A stretch of DNA of 64,000 nt from Corallococcus exiguus (GCF_009909105.1 NZ_JAAAPK010000002.1:349827-413826), one strand, 5' to 3'; shown: positions 19,313 through 29,769, counted from the first letter of the stretch. Numbers and translations are program-made. The notes: generated from the letters alone by a model not told the origin.

Positions 19313-20839
19313 GGAAGCGGTCTTCTTGAAGGCCAGGCCCAGCTCGCGGCTGAGCGCCGTGGTGTCGGAGAGCAGCTTGGGCAGGCACGCGGCGGCCCCG
19401 GCGCGCAGCGACGCCAGCGCCGTGTCCATGGTGAGGTGCTCGGCCAGGACGACGAAGGGCGCGCCCTGGCTCAGGGCCCGGGCCAGCTCCAGCGCCTTCT
19501 TGCCGTAGGCCGGCGCGAAGTCCCAAGACACCACCACGCCCATGGGCGGCTCCATGGTGGCCACCTCCGCGCCCGCGACGACGCGCGCCTCCAGGCCCAG
19601 CAGCGTCAGCGCCTCTGAAATCAGCCGCGCGGTGGCCGGGTTGTCCTCCAGCACGTCCACCCGGCGCACGCCAGCGCTGGGGGCGGGGACAGGCGGCGCG
19701 GCCGGTGTGTACAGCGCCTGCCGCAACAGCGCGCGCACCTGGCGGATGTCGTCGAAGGGCTTGAGCAGGTAGTCCACCAGGCCCAGCTGCAGCGCCTGCT
19801 GCGTCGTCACCAGCGAGGGGTAGCCCGTCATCAGGATGACGCGCGACGCGGGATCCAGCTTCCGCGCGTGCTGGGCCAGCTCCAGGCCGGAGATTCCGGG
19901 CAGGTTCTTGTCCGTGACGATGAGGTCCACGCGCGACGAGCGGAGGATTTCGAGCGCGGCCTCGCCCGTGGCCGCTTCAATGACTTCGCACTCCTTGTCC
20001 ATCAGGTCCTTGAAGACCATCCGGATGATGCCCTCGTCGTCCACCACCAGCAGGCGCTTGCGCGGCGGGCGCGGCGCGTCCGTGGGCGGGAAGAGCACGC
20101 GGAACACGGTGGCCGGGGGCGGCACTTCGCGCAGCGTCGTGGGCGGCACCAGGGCAATCTGCGCGTGGTGCTCCTGCGCGATGCGACGACAGACGGCGAG
20201 CCCCAGGCCCGTGCCGCGTTTGCTGGCGGAGACGTAGGGCTCGAAGATGCGCGTCTTCAGCTCGTCCGGGATGCCCGGTCCCCAGTCGGACACGTAGAGG
20301 GCAGCGGAGGCGCCATCGCGCGTGAGCGTCACCTTCACGCGGCCCCGGCCGGACATGGCATCGCGGGCGTTGTTGAGCAGGTTGAGCGTGAGCTGCTCAA
20401 TCAGCCGCGCGTTGCCCTGGATGGTCAGGTCCTCGGGGGCCTCCACCTCCAGTGAGATGCGCGCCGAGTCCGGGTTGACGCTGAACACCTTCGCCGCCGC
20501 CCAGATGGGCGCGGCCAGGGACAGCCGCTGCTGCGGGGCCGGCCGCTCGCTGGCCAGGCGGATGAAGTCGGAGACAATCTGCTCCATCCGCTCCACCTGC
20601 GCGAGCAGCAGCTTCAGCGGGCCGCTGGAGCCTCCTTCCTCGGCGAGCAGCTGGGCGTAGGCCTTCGCGCCCAGCAGGGGCTGGCGCAGCTCGTGGAGGA
20701 CCTCCGCGGCGACCTGATGGGTGTGGGCGTTGGCGCGTTGCAGCGCCACGGCCGCGACCCGTGCCTTCTCCAGGTCCCCCGCGTCCAGGGCCTGGAGCAG
20801 CTGCGCGAGCGGCGAGGGGGTCTCCATGCGCGGGAGCAT
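19310..20839 (-). CDS. Hybrid sensor histidine kinase (HisKA-HATPase_c + receiver + second receiver-like domain)
   Basis: H-box region (HELRQPL), G-box (GTGLGLAV), and a receiver with LLVVDDE...DLIVTD...KP. Confidence 0.75.
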   Translation of the reverse strand: MLPRMETPSPLAQLLQALDAGDLEKARVAAVALQRANAHTHQVAAEVLHELRQPLLGAKAYAQLLAEEGGSSGPLKLLLAQVERMEQIVSDFIRLASERPAPQQRLSLAAPIWAAAKVFSVNPDSARISLEVEAPEDLTIQGNARLIEQLTLNLLNNARDAMSGRGRVKVTLTRDGASAALYVSDWGPGIPDELKTRIFEPYVSASKRGTGLGLAVCRRIAQEHHAQIALVPPTTLREVPPPATVFRVLFPPTDAPRPPRKRLLVVDDEGIIRMVFKDLMDKECEVIEAATGEAALEILRSSRVDLIVTDKNLPGISGLELAQHARKLDPASRVILMTGYPSLVTTQQALQLGLVDYLLKPFDDIRQVRALLRQALYTPAAPPVPAPSAGVRRVDVLEDNPATARLISEALTLLGLEARVVAGAEVATMEPPMGVVVSWDFAPAYGKKALELARALSQGAPFVVLAEHLTMDTALASLRAGAAACLPKLLSDTTALSRELGLAFKKTAS

Positions 20840-20995
20840 GGCGGAGGCAGGTGTTCACGCGCAACGCACCCCCAGCGGGATTCGGTTGACCGCGCTCGCG
20901 ACCGAACGGATGCTCGCGCACGTCCTCCAGCCCGGCCTGACGGAACGTCGTTGCCCGCTCGCCTGTTGGGGACTCTCCCTGTCGCTGAGGTCCTC

Positions 20996-21385
20996 ATGCC
21001 GCAGACGAACCCGTTCCACTCGCTGGTGCCCCGGAAGCTGACGGACTCCGAACTGGCCCGCTCCATCCGGCTCAACATCGAGGCGGAGCTGGACGCCATC
21101 AACCTCTACGCCGCGCACCTGGACGCGACGGACAACGAGGAGGCGAAGGCCATCCTGCGGCACGTCATGGACGAGGAGCGCGAGCACGCGGCCCTCTTCT
21201 GGCAGCTCATCGCGCGGTTGGATCCGGAGCAGGCCCAGCACGACCGCGAGGCGTCGCAGAAGTACCGCCTCATCACCACCGGCGCGTCTCACGAAGAGGT
21301 GGAGGCGGTGGGCGAGGGCGGCGGCGGCGTGCCCGCGGAAGTGGAGCTGCCCAAGCACCTCACCGTGGGCAGCCTGCGCAAGTAG
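20996..21385 (+). CDS. Ferritin-like encapsulin cargo protein (EncC-like) with C-terminal targeting peptide
   Basis: Ferritin-like/EncFtn-like core (ELDAINLYAAHLDATDNEEAKAILRHVMDEEREHAALFW). A Gly-rich linker precedes the terminal LTVGSLRK, which matches the encapsulin cargo-loading peptide consensus (xxGSLxx). GAGG RBS 6 nt upstream. Confidence 0.6.
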   Translation: MPQTNPFHSLVPRKLTDSELARSIRLNIEAELDAINLYAAHLDATDNEEAKAILRHVMDEEREHAALFWQLIARLDPEQAQHDREASQKYRLITTGASHEEVEAVGEGGGGVPAEVELPKHLTVGSLRK

Positions 21386-21399
21386 CGCGCGTCCGGCGT

Positions 21400-22788
21400 T
21401 CAGCCCTGGCCCTGCGGGGGCGGGGGATTCTGACGGCGCTCGGCCGGGGTGGCTTCCAGGTCCTGCGCCGCCATGTAGACGACGTTCCGGGTGCCGCGCT
21501 TGCCCCGGTACATGGCCCGGTCGGACAGGTCCAGCAGGTGGTCCTTGTCCTGGGCGTGCTCCGGGAAGCTGGCCACGCCGATGCAGGTGGTGAGCTTGAG
21601 CGCCAGCCCCTCGCGGCCCAGGAACTGATGGGTCTCCATGGTGCGGCGGATGCGCTCGGCGACCTTGAGGGCCCCGCCGGAGTCCGTGCCGCGCAGGAGC
21701 ACCACGTACTCGTCACCGCCGAAGCGCGCCACCACGTCCGGGTCGCGCACGCAGCCCTTGAGCACGCGCGCGGCCTCCACCAGCACGCGCGAGCCCACCA
21801 GGTGCCCGTGCGTGTCGTTGATGGCCTTGAAGCGGTCCAGGTCCAGGAACAGCAGGGAGAAGGGGCGCTCCGTCTGCAGGGCCTCGTTCACCTCGCGGTC
21901 CAGCACCAGGTGCAGGTAGCGCGTGTTGAACAGGCGGGTGAGATCATCGACGTAGGCCAGGTCCTCCACGGCGGCGAAGCGGCCCAGGTTGCGCAGGGCC
22001 AGCGCCCAGTTGCGCACGAGGAAGCCCACGGTCTCCGCGTGGTGCTCCGCGGGCGCGTTGTCGTGGAAGAGCACCGCGTGGCCCAGCACCAGCTCGCCGT
22101 CCACGGCGGGGAAGGAGAGGGTGCGCGGCCAGGGAACTTGAAGTCCGTCGAGCTCCACCTGCGTGCGCGTGCCCGAAAGCCGCTCGATGAGCAGCGGGAC
22201 GAGCGCCTCGTGCAGGTCCACCGGCAGCCCGCGCATGCCGTGCGAGCGGAAGCCCGTGCCGCCGGGGTCCCGCTCCAGGAGCATCACCGCGGAGGCGTTG
22301 GCCATGGACTCCAGCGCGTCGGACGCGGCCGTGGACAGCCGCTCGCGGTCGAGCGTGGTGGCGATGCGCTGGCCCGCCTCCAGCAGCGCGACGTGCTGGC
22401 GCAGGGACGCGTTCTCACGCATCAGGTCGCGCGTGGTGAGCGCGCGGCGCAGCGCGTGCTCCAGGGCCTCCGGCGCCACGGGCTTGACCAGGTACTCCGC
22501 CGCGCCGCTCTTGATGGCGCGCACCGCGGGGGCCACCTTGTCCAGGCCGGTGATGACCAGCACCTCCACGCCGGGGTAGCGCTCGCGCACGTGGCGAAGC
22601 ACCTCCATGCCGTCGCCGCCGGGGAGGATGAGGTCCGTCACCACCGCGTCGAACCGCGCCGCGGAGAGGGCTGCCTTCGCGTCCGCCACGGTGGGCACCG
22701 CCGTGACCAGGTGTCCCGCGGCCGTGAGGTAGTCGCCGTAGAGATTGCGGGCGATCTTTTCGTCGTCGACGAGGAGCAGTCGCGCCAT
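21400..22788 (-). CDS. Response-regulator diguanylate cyclase (REC - GAF-like - GGDEF)
   Basis: Receiver (LLLVDDE...D in VVTDLILP), and a C-terminal GGDEF domain with RFGGDEY (GG[DE]EF) and RYL/DxLT motifs. Confidence 0.75.
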   Translation of the reverse strand: MARLLLVDDEKIARNLYGDYLTAAGHLVTAVPTVADAKAALSAARFDAVVTDLILPGGDGMEVLRHVRERYPGVEVLVITGLDKVAPAVRAIKSGAAEYLVKPVAPEALEHALRRALTTRDLMRENASLRQHVALLEAGQRIATTLDRERLSTAASDALESMANASAVMLLERDPGGTGFRSHGMRGLPVDLHEALVPLLIERLSGTRTQVELDGLQVPWPRTLSFPAVDGELVLGHAVLFHDNAPAEHHAETVGFLVRNWALALRNLGRFAAVEDLAYVDDLTRLFNTRYLHLVLDREVNEALQTERPFSLLFLDLDRFKAINDTHGHLVGSRVLVEAARVLKGCVRDPDVVARFGGDEYVVLLRGTDSGGALKVAERIRRTMETHQFLGREGLALKLTTCIGVASFPEHAQDKDHLLDLSDRAMYRGKRGTRNVVYMAAQDLEATPAERRQNPPPPQGQG

Positions 22789-23653
22789 GACTGTTCAGGG
22801 CTTAGCACCCAACGCTGGAAGGCTGCTAGGGTCCCGGGCCGTGCCCTTTGAAAGCGGACGGCGGCTCTGCCTGCTGGTGGAGGCCGGAGAGACGCGCTAC
22901 GCGGTGGAGGCCACCTCCGTCATCGAGGTCGCGATGCCGGGCGCTCGCGGCGCGAGTCTGCGCGGCGTACTGGAAGTGAAGGACCTCGCCGCGTTGCTCG
23001 GCGGCCTGCCTGAGGAAGTGCCGGGCATGGTGGTGGTCCTGGACGTCAGCCCCACGCTCGCGGTGCGGGTGCGCGCCGTGGTGGAGGTCGCGGACGTCGC
23101 GAGGGATCCGTTCTTCCTGCTGCCTCCGGGCCTGGCGGACTCGCTGGCGCCGCTGAGCCGGGGCGCGGTGCTGCACAAGGACCGGCTGTACCTGGAGCTC
23201 ATCGTGGAGGCGCTGCCGCACCGGGCGGGCCCCCGGGCGACCCCGCCGGAGCCCCGGCCCGTGCACTATGCGGACGCGCCCCCGGAGCGGGCGCTGGTGC
23301 TGGAGTCCCAGGGGGTGCTGTTCGGCGTCCCGCTGGGTTGCGTCTCCCAGGTGGTACCCCGGGGCGAGGCGTTCAGCGTGCTCCCGGTGCAGAGCGGGCC
23401 GGTGGCGGGCGTCTATCCCCACGCGCAGGCGCTATGGCCCATCTGTTCGATTCCAGCGCTGCTGGGTGCGCCGGCCCAGGCGGAGGAGCTGTTCGTCCTC
23501 ACGGAACTGGCGGGGCGGAACGTGGGGCTGGCGGCCACCCGGGTGCTTGGTGTGCTGCAGAAGTTCAAGCCGGCCGAGCTTCCCGGAACGTTCCGGGCGC
23601 CGGGGCTGCCGGATCCGGTGATGTTACTGGACCTGCAGCGCATGTTTTCTTGA
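22787..23653 (+). CDS. Tandem CheW-like domain protein
   Basis: Two CheW-like segments (RRLCLLVEAGETRYAVEATSVIEV... and ERALVLESQGVLFGVPLGCVSQVV...). Start uncertain (the ORF table starts at 22745). Confidence 0.5.
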   Translation: MTVQGLAPNAGRLLGSRAVPFESGRRLCLLVEAGETRYAVEATSVIEVAMPGARGASLRGVLEVKDLAALLGGLPEEVPGMVVVLDVSPTLAVRVRAVVEVADVARDPFFLLPPGLADSLAPLSRGAVLHKDRLYLELIVEALPHRAGPRATPPEPRPVHYADAPPERALVLESQGVLFGVPLGCVSQVVPRGEAFSVLPVQSGPVAGVYPHAQALWPICSIPALLGAPAQAEELFVLTELAGRNVGLAATRVLGVLQKFKPAELPGTFRAPGLPDPVMLLDLQRMFS

Positions 23654-23770
23654 TCGGCCCAACGCGCGAATCCTAAGCTTCTCCGATTGACACAGGGCGT
23701 GCAGGCAGGCTTGCTCGCCCGAAATCTCAAACGAATTCAGGGGGGTATGCGCCCCCCGAGGCCGGAGCCG

Positions 23771-25033
23771 ATGCCCAAGAATCTACTGATCGCCGACGAC
23801 TCGCTCACCATCCGCAAGGTGATCGGGATGATCTTCGCGACGGAAGACTTCCAGGTGACCGCGGTGGACAACGGGCTGGACGCCATCTCCCGCACGCGCG
23901 AGCTGCGTCCGGACGTGGTGCTCGCCGACGTGATGATGCCGGGCAAGAGCGGCTACGAGGTCTGCGAGGCGCTCAAGGGCGACCCCTCCACGCAGGCCAT
24001 CCCGGTGCTGCTGCTCGCCGGCACCTTCGAGGCGTTCGACGAGAACCGCGCGAAGGCCGCCCGGGCGGATGACCACATCACCAAGCCCTTCGAGAGCCAG
24101 ATCCTCCTCGACAAGGTGAAGGCGCTGGTGGGCCAGAAGTCCAACACGATGCCCGCGTCCGCCGCGACGCGCATTCTGCCCCAGACCTCCGCCCCGAGCG
24201 CTCCGGTCAGCGCGCCGCCCGCCGCCGCCGTGCCGCCGGGTGCGCGTCCCGCGGGTGCGCCGCCTCCGGGCGCCATGCCGCCGGGTGCGCGTCCTCCTCC
24301 GGGTGCGCCGCCTCCGGGCGCGCGTCCTCCGGGCGCCGGTGTGCCTCCTCCTCCGGGTGCGGCGCGTCCGCTGCCGGGCGCTGTTCCTCCGGGCGCGCGT
24401 CCTCCGGGTGCGCCGCCTCCGGGCGCCATGCCGCCGGGTGCGCGTCCTCCGCCGGGTGCGCCGCCTCCGGGCATGGGCGCGCGTCCTCCGGGTGCGCCGC
24501 CTCCGGGCGCCATGCCGCCGGGTGCGCGTCCTCCTCCGGGTGCCGTGCCTCCGGGCGCGCGTCCGCCGGGTGCGCCGCCTCCGGGCATGGCCGCGCGTCC
24601 TCCGGGCCCTGGCGCCCCGAACATCCCGGGCGGCTTCCCGCGTCCTCCGGGCGCCGCGCCGCTGCCGTCCGCGCCCCCGCCCGCCGCGGTGCCTCCGGCC
24701 GCCCGTGCCCGGGATCCGTTCGGGCTGGGTGCTCCGGCCGCCCCTCCCGCGGCGCAGGCCCGCACGGAGAGCATCCGCATCGAGGACTCGCTGCCCGAGC
24801 CCAGCGGCGCGGAGGAGATCTCCCTGGACATCGGCGGTCCCTCGCCGGCGACTCCGCCCGCGCGCGCCCGTCCGGCCGCGGATGGCGGAGAGGCGCTGCT
24901 TCGCGAGGCGCTGTCGAAGGCGTCCCGCGAGGTCATCGAGAAGATTGCCTGGGAGGTCGTTCCGCAGCTGGCGGAGACCATCATCCGGGAAGAGCTGGAG
25001 CGGCTCATCAAGGACCGCGAGACCCAGCATTGA
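23771..25033 (+). CDS. romR: RomR-like polarity response regulator (receiver - Pro-rich repeat linker - acidic C-terminal domain)
   Basis: Receiver domain (LLIADDSLTIRK...DVVLADVMMPGKSGYE...KP), then ~130 aa of PPGARPPGAPPPGAMPPGARPP repeats, then a Glu-rich C-terminus. This is the architecture of M. xanthus RomR, whose known neighbours it shares. Confidence 0.6.
   Translation: MPKNLLIADDSLTIRKVIGMIFATEDFQVTAVDNGLDAISRTRELRPDVVLADVMMPGKSGYEVCEALKGDPSTQAIPVLLLAGTFEAFDENRAKAARADDHITKPFESQILLDKVKALVGQKSNTMPASAATRILPQTSAPSAPVSAPPAAAVPPGARPAGAPPPGAMPPGARPPPGAPPPGARPPGAGVPPPPGAARPLPGAVPPGARPPGAPPPGAMPPGARPPPGAPPPGMGARPPGAPPPGAMPPGARPPPGAVPPGARPPGAPPPGMAARPPGPGAPNIPGGFPRPPGAAPLPSAPPPAAVPPAARARDPFGLGAPAAPPAAQARTESIRIEDSLPEPSGAEEISLDIGGPSPATPPARARPAADGGEALLREALSKASREVIEKIAWEVVPQLAETIIREELERLIKDRETQH
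24224..24620 (+). repeat. In-frame tandem DNA repeats encoding the PPGARPPGAPPPGAM linker of romR
   Basis: Repeated ccgggtgcgcgtcctcc(g)ggtgcgccgcctccgggcgccatgccg units seen directly. Confidence 0.55.
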
Positions 25034-25086
25034 TTCGCAGTCCCCTCTGATTCCCCGCCGGCCCCGTCGGGGGCCGGCCGCTTGCA

Positions 25087-28000
25087 ATGACTGACACGAC
25101 TGAACTGTCCAAGGCCTACGAGCCCTCCGAAGTGGAGGCGCGGTGGTACAACCACTGGCTGGAGCGCGACTACTTCCGCGCCGAAGCCCCTTCCTCCAAG
25201 CCGCCGTTCAGCATCGTGCTGCCGCCGCCCAACGTGACGGGCAGCCTGCACATCGGCCACGCGCTCACCGCGACCATCCAGGACATCCTCACGCGCTGGA
25301 AGCGGATGAGCGGCTTCAACGCGCTCTGGCTGCCGGGCACGGACCACGCGGGCATCGCCACGCAGATGGTGGTGGAGAAGGAGCTCAAGAAGACGGAGGG
25401 CAAGAGCCGCCACGACCTGGGCCGCGAGGCGTTCCTCGAGCGCGTCTGGACGTGGAAGGGCAAGTTCGGCGCGCGCATCGGTGAGCAGCACCGCTACCTG
25501 GGCGCGTCCCTGGACTGGAGCCGCGAGCGGTTCACCATGGACGAGCAGTCCTCGGCCGCGGTGCGCGAGGTGTTCGTCCGGCTGTACGAAGAGGGCCTGA
25601 TGTACCGGGCCCAGAAGCTGATCAACTGGTGCCCGTCCTGCCGCACGGCCCTCTCCGACCTGGAAGTGGAGCACGAGGAGAAGAACGGCTCGCTCTGGCA
25701 TATCCGCTACCCGGTGAAGGGCACGGAGCGCTTCCTCACCGTGGCGACGACGCGCCCGGAGACGCTGCTGGGCGACACGGCCGTCGCCGTGCACCCGGAG
25801 GATCCGCGCTACCAGGACCTCATCGGCAAGAGCGTGGCGCTGCCGCTCACCGACCGTGAGATTCCGGTCATCGCGGACGGCGAGCTGGTGAACATGGAGT
25901 TCGGCACCGGCGTGGTGAAGGTCACGCCCGCGCACGACTTCAACGACTACCAGACGGGCCTGCGCCACAAGCTGCCGATGCTGTCCATCCTGGACGAAGC
26001 GGCGCGGATGACGAAGGACACCGGCAAGTACGCGGGCCTGGAGAGCCGGGAGGCGCGCAAGCAGGTGCTGGCGGACCTGACGGAGCTGGGCCTGCTGGAG
26101 AAGGAGGAGCCGCACAAGCTGAACGTGGGCACCTGCCAGCGCTGCACCACGGTGGTGGAGCCGCGCCTGTCGCCGCAGTGGTTCATCAAGATCGAACCGC
26201 TGGCGAAGCCGGCCATCCAGGCCGTGGAGGAGGGCCGCACGAAGTTCGTCCCCGAGTCGTGGACGAACACGTACTTCCACTGGATGAACAACATCCACGA
26301 CTGGTGCGTGAGCCGCCAGCTGTGGTGGGGCCACCAGATTCCCGCGTGGTACTGCGCGGCGTGCACCCCGGCGGAAGAGCGCTCGAAGGACACGGCGGAC
26401 GTCATCGTGTCTCGCACGGCGCCGGAGTCCTGCCCGAAGTGCGGCGGCAAGGAGCTGACGCAGGATCCGGACGTGCTGGACACCTGGTTCTCGTCCGCGC
26501 TGTGGCCGTTCTCCACGCTGGGCTGGCCGAAGCAGACGGCGGACCTCCAGACCTTCTACCCGACGTCCGTGATGGAGACGGGCCACGACATCATCTTCTT
26601 CTGGGTCGCCCGGATGATGATGATGGGCCTGCACTTCATGAACGATGTGCCCTTCCGCACCGTGTACCTGCACGCGATGGTGCGCGACGAGAAGGGCGAG
26701 AAGATGTCCAAGACGAAGGGGAACGTCATCGATCCCTTGGACGTCATCCTCGGCGCGAAGGCGGAGTCGCTGCAGCCGTCCTTGCGCAACCGCTTCCCGC
26801 AGGGCATGCCCGCGCACGGCGCGGACGCGCTGCGCTTCACGCTGGCGTCGCTCACGCAGCAGGGCCGTGACATCAAGCTGTCGATGGACCGCCTGGGTGG
26901 CTACAAGGCGTTCTGCAACAAGCTGTGGAACGCCAGCCGCTTCGCCCTGATGAACATGGGCGACTTCAGCCTGGACAAGACGCCGCTGGAGGGCCGCAAG
27001 CTGACGCTGGCGGACCGGTGGATCCTCTCCCGCCTGCAGAAGGCCACCGAGGAGACGCGCGCGTCGCTGGAGGCGTTCGGCTTCGCGGAGGCCGCGTCCA
27101 CGCTGTACCAGTTCCTGTGGGCGGAGTTCTGCGACTGGTACATCGAGCTGGCGAAGGGCTCGTTGTACGGCGACGACGCGGAGGCCAAGGACACCACGCG
27201 CGCGGTGCTGGTGACGTGCCTGGACCGCATCCTGCGGCTGATGCACCCGTTCATGCCGTTCATCACCGAGGAGATCTGGCAGAAGCTGCCGATGTCCCGG
27301 CCCACGGAGAGCATCTGCATCGCGGCGTACCCGGCGCCGGAGACGGCGTGGGTGGACGCGGCCGCGGAAGGCGAGATGGCGCCGGTCATCGCGGCCATCG
27401 AGGGCCTGCGCACGCTGCGCGGCGAGAGCAACCTGCCGCCGTCCGCCAAGGTGAAGGCGGTGGTGCAGAGCCCGGACGCGACGACGCGCGAGCTGTTGGA
27501 GCGTTGGCGCGCGTACCTGATGCCGCTCGCGGGCCTGTCCGAGGTGGTGGTGGGCCCCCCGGGCGCCAAGCCTCCGCAGGCGGCGGCGTTCGTGAGCGGC
27601 AACCTGGAAATCTACGTGCCCCTGGCGGGCCTGGTGGACCTGGACGCGGAGCGCGACCGCCTGAAGAAGGAGATCGTCCGCTCCGAGCAGGAACTCACCG
27701 GTTTGCAGCGCAAGCTGGACAACCCGAACTTCGTGGCCCGTGCTCCGCCGGACGTGGTGGAGAAGGACAAGGCCCGGGTGGCGGAGCTCCAGGAGCGCAC
27801 GGTCAAGCTGCAGGATCACCTCCAGCGCATCGCCCCGGAGCCCCCCATGTCCGAGACGCCGTCGCCGTTGCCGGGCAGCACCGAGTCCGAAGCCCCTGAA
27901 GCGTCCGAGTCCCCCGCGCCCGAGAGCGCCCATGTGAAGGTGGCCACCGAGCCGCAGGCACCGAAGGACGATGCGGTGAACCTGGGCCAGGAGCTGAAGG

Positions 28001-28584
28001 GCGAGATTGAAGCCGAAGAGGCTTCGCAGGCGCCCCAGGCCGCGGATCCGGTGGTGGAGGAGGCCCTCAACAAGCTGCGCGAGGGCACCAAGGAAGGACT
28101 GTCCCCGGCGGACCACCACGACCTGGGCGTCGCGTACATGAGCATGGGCCTCGTGGACGACGCGATGCGCGAGTTCGACCGGGCCAAGGAGGGCGGCGAC
28201 GCCCGCGAGGCGCCGGAGGGTTCGGCGAAGCCGGTGAAGAAGGCCCCTGCGAAGAAGGCCTCCTCGAAGAAGGCGGCGGTGAAGAAGGCCCCTGCGAAGA
28301 AGGCCGCGGCGGTGAAGAAGGCCCCTGCGAAGAAGGCCTCCGCGAAGAAGGCGGCGAGCAAGAAGTCCGCCGCGAAGAAGGCCCCTGCGAAGAAGGCTTC
28401 CGCGAAGAAGGCAGCGGGCAAGAAGACGGCCGCGAAGAAGGCGGCGGTGAAGAAGGCTCCTGCGAAGAAGGCTTCGGCGAAGAAGGCTTCGGCGAAGAAG
28501 GCGGCGGGGAAGAAGACCGCCGCGAAGAAGGCCGCGGCGAAGAAGACCACTCGGGGCAAGCCGGCTCGCAAGGCGCGCCGGTAG
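25087..28584 (+). CDS. valS: Valine--tRNA ligase with ~280-aa C-terminal extension (acidic linker + histone H1-like AKKA repeats)
   Basis: HIGH ([13 protein letters not shown]) and KMSKS ([13 protein letters not shown]) motifs, editing domain, and a C-terminal coiled coil (up to ...LQDHLQRIA at ~aa 885). An E/P/S-rich segment, one TPR-like helix pair, and a [17 protein letters not shown] repeat tail follow. Confidence 0.9.
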   Translation: MTDTTELSKAYEPSEVEARWYNHWLERDYFRAEAPSSKPPFSIVLPPPNVTGSLHIGHALTATIQDILTRWKRMSGFNALWLPGTDHAGIATQMVVEKELKKTEGKSRHDLGREAFLERVWTWKGKFGARIGEQHRYLGASLDWSRERFTMDEQSSAAVREVFVRLYEEGLMYRAQKLINWCPSCRTALSDLEVEHEEKNGSLWHIRYPVKGTERFLTVATTRPETLLGDTAVAVHPEDPRYQDLIGKSVALPLTDREIPVIADGELVNMEFGTGVVKVTPAHDFNDYQTGLRHKLPMLSILDEAARMTKDTGKYAGLESREARKQVLADLTELGLLEKEEPHKLNVGTCQRCTTVVEPRLSPQWFIKIEPLAKPAIQAVEEGRTKFVPESWTNTYFHWMNNIHDWCVSRQLWWGHQIPAWYCAACTPAEERSKDTADVIVSRTAPESCPKCGGKELTQDPDVLDTWFSSALWPFSTLGWPKQTADLQTFYPTSVMETGHDIIFFWVARMMMMGLHFMNDVPFRTVYLHAMVRDEKGEKMSKTKGNVIDPLDVILGAKAESLQPSLRNRFPQGMPAHGADALRFTLASLTQQGRDIKLSMDRLGGYKAFCNKLWNASRFALMNMGDFSLDKTPLEGRKLTLADRWILSRLQKATEETRASLEAFGFAEAASTLYQFLWAEFCDWYIELAKGSLYGDDAEAKDTTRAVLVTCLDRILRLMHPFMPFITEEIWQKLPMSRPTESICIAAYPAPETAWVDAAAEGEMAPVIAAIEGLRTLRGESNLPPSAKVKAVVQSPDATTRELLERWRAYLMPLAGLSEVVVGPPGAKPPQAAAFVSGNLEIYVPLAGLVDLDAERDRLKKEIVRSEQELTGLQRKLDNPNFVARAPPDVVEKDKARVAELQERTVKLQDHLQRIAPEPPMSETPSPLPGSTESEAPEASESPAPESAHVKVATEPQAPKDDAVNLGQELKGEIEAEEASQAPQAADPVVEEALNKLREGTKEGLSPADHHDLGVAYMSMGLVDDAMREFDRAKEGGDAREAPEGSAKPVKKAPAKKASSKKAAVKKAPAKKAAAVKKAPAKKASAKKAASKKSAAKKAPAKKASAKKAAGKKTAAKKAAVKKAPAKKASAKKASAKKAAGKKTAAKKAAAKKTTRGKPARKARR
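28234..28584 (+). repeat. Tandem DNA repeats encoding the Lys/Ala (AKKA) tail of valS
   Basis: Repeated gcgaagaaggcc(c/t)ctgcgaagaaggc units seen directly. Confidence 0.55.
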
Positions 28585-28587
28585 GAG

Positions 28588-29472
28588 GTGGAAGTGCAGC
28601 AGGATTATCTCGATCGGCTCATCGCGCTGTCCCTCGACGAGGACCTGGGTGCTGCGGGGGACGTCACCTCGCTGGCGGTGGTCCCCGCCGAAGCGGAGGG
28701 CAGCGGTGAGCTGGTCGCGAAGGAGCAGATGATCGTCGCCGGCCTGGACGCCTTCGTCCGCGTCTTCCACATGGTGGACGCGGAGGTGGAGGTGGAGGTC
28801 CTCAAGCGCGACGGCGAGGAGATCAAGCCGAAGGTGGTCGCCGCGCGCGTCCACGGCAAGCTGCGTTCGCTGCTGGCCGCGGAGCGCACGGCGCTCAACC
28901 TGGTGCAGCGCGCCGCCGGCATCGCGACGCTGGCCCAGCAGGCGATGACCTCCGTGCGAGGCTCGAAGCTGCGGGTGCTGGACACGCGCAAGACGCCGCC
29001 GGGCATGCGGGGCCTCGCGAAGCACGCGGTGCGCATGGGCGGCGCGTCCAACCACCGCTTCGGCCTCTTCGACGGCATCCTCATCAAGGACAACCACATC
29101 GCGGCGGTAGGTGGCGACATCACCGAAGCGGTGCGCCGCGCGAAGCTGAACGGTCCCCGGCTGGTGAAGATTGAAGTGGAGGTCACCAACTTCAAGCAGC
29201 TGGAGGAGGCCATCGCCGCGGGCGCGGACGTCATCATGTTGGACAACATGGACGACGCGCAGATCCGCGAAGCGGTGAAGCTGACGGCGAGCCGCGTGCC
29301 CATCGAAGTGTCGGGCGGCGTCACGTTGGATCGGCTGCCCCGGCTGGCGAAGCTGGGCGTGGACTTCGTGTCGATGGGCGCGCTGACGCACTCGGCGCGG
29401 GCCATGGACCTGTCGCTGGAGATCGCGACGACGAAGAAGTCCACGCGCAAGCCCCGCTCCGCGCAGGGCTGA
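28588..29472 (+). CDS. nadC: Nicotinate-nucleotide pyrophosphorylase (quinolinate phosphoribosyltransferase)
   Basis: Typical NadC length (294 aa) and conserved blocks (LDTRKTPPGMRGLAKHAVRMGGASNHRFGL, ILIKDNHI, IMLDNM). Confidence 0.85.
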   Translation: MEVQQDYLDRLIALSLDEDLGAAGDVTSLAVVPAEAEGSGELVAKEQMIVAGLDAFVRVFHMVDAEVEVEVLKRDGEEIKPKVVAARVHGKLRSLLAAERTALNLVQRAAGIATLAQQAMTSVRGSKLRVLDTRKTPPGMRGLAKHAVRMGGASNHRFGLFDGILIKDNHIAAVGGDITEAVRRAKLNGPRLVKIEVEVTNFKQLEEAIAAGADVIMLDNMDDAQIREAVKLTASRVPIEVSGGVTLDRLPRLAKLGVDFVSMGALTHSARAMDLSLEIATTKKSTRKPRSAQG

Positions 29473-29503
29473 AGCGGTCAGCGGTCTTCACGAATCCGTA
29501 GAA

Positions 29504-29543
29504 GAGCGCCTCCGAGTCCTGGGACTCGGAGGCGCTTGTGTTT
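29504..29543. terminator. Bidirectional rho-independent terminator
   Basis: Perfect hairpin gagcgcctccgagtcc-tg-ggactcggaggcgct followed by tgtgttt, between nadC (+) and the convergent small gene (-). Confidence 0.5.
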
Positions 29544-29769
29544 ACGGCTGGGTGCAGCGCCAGACCCCGCAGGAACCGCCGCTCGTGCCGCACTCCATCT
29601 GGGTCGAGCACGGCTTGCAGGTGCGCGAACAGATCATCTGGACCGCAGACGTCTGGTTATCAGTCGTCTCCGCCGTGGAGCCGGGAACCATGGCCAGGGC
29701 CGTGCCCGCCATGATGCCGATGATCAGCGCGAATCCAGGAATCGTCTGCTTCAGTCGCGATGCCTTCAT
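29542..29769 (-). CDS. Small secreted Cys-rich peptide (75 aa precursor; ~45-aa mature region with 6 Cys)
   Basis: Strong GGAGG RBS 5 nt upstream of the ATG, GC3-biased codons, and a Sec signal peptide (MKASRLKQTIPGFALIIGIMAGTALAMVPG). Mature region C-x3-C-x2-C-x5-C-x6-C-x4-C. Confidence 0.55.
   Translation of the reverse strand: MKASRLKQTIPGFALIIGIMAGTALAMVPGSTAETTDNQTSAVQMICSRTCKPCSTQMECGTSGGSCGVWRCTQP

Noticed and set aside
19836-20455. + strand ORFs inside the histidine kinase region
   Set aside because: Antisense to a well-supported HK/RR gene.
23783-29391. Very long minus-strand ORFs (434 aa and 1812 aa) across romR and valS
   Set aside because: Antisense to two unambiguous conserved genes. 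Composition is dominated by R/G/A/L with no domain signatures. Artefact of the near absence of stop codons in GC-rich antisense frames.
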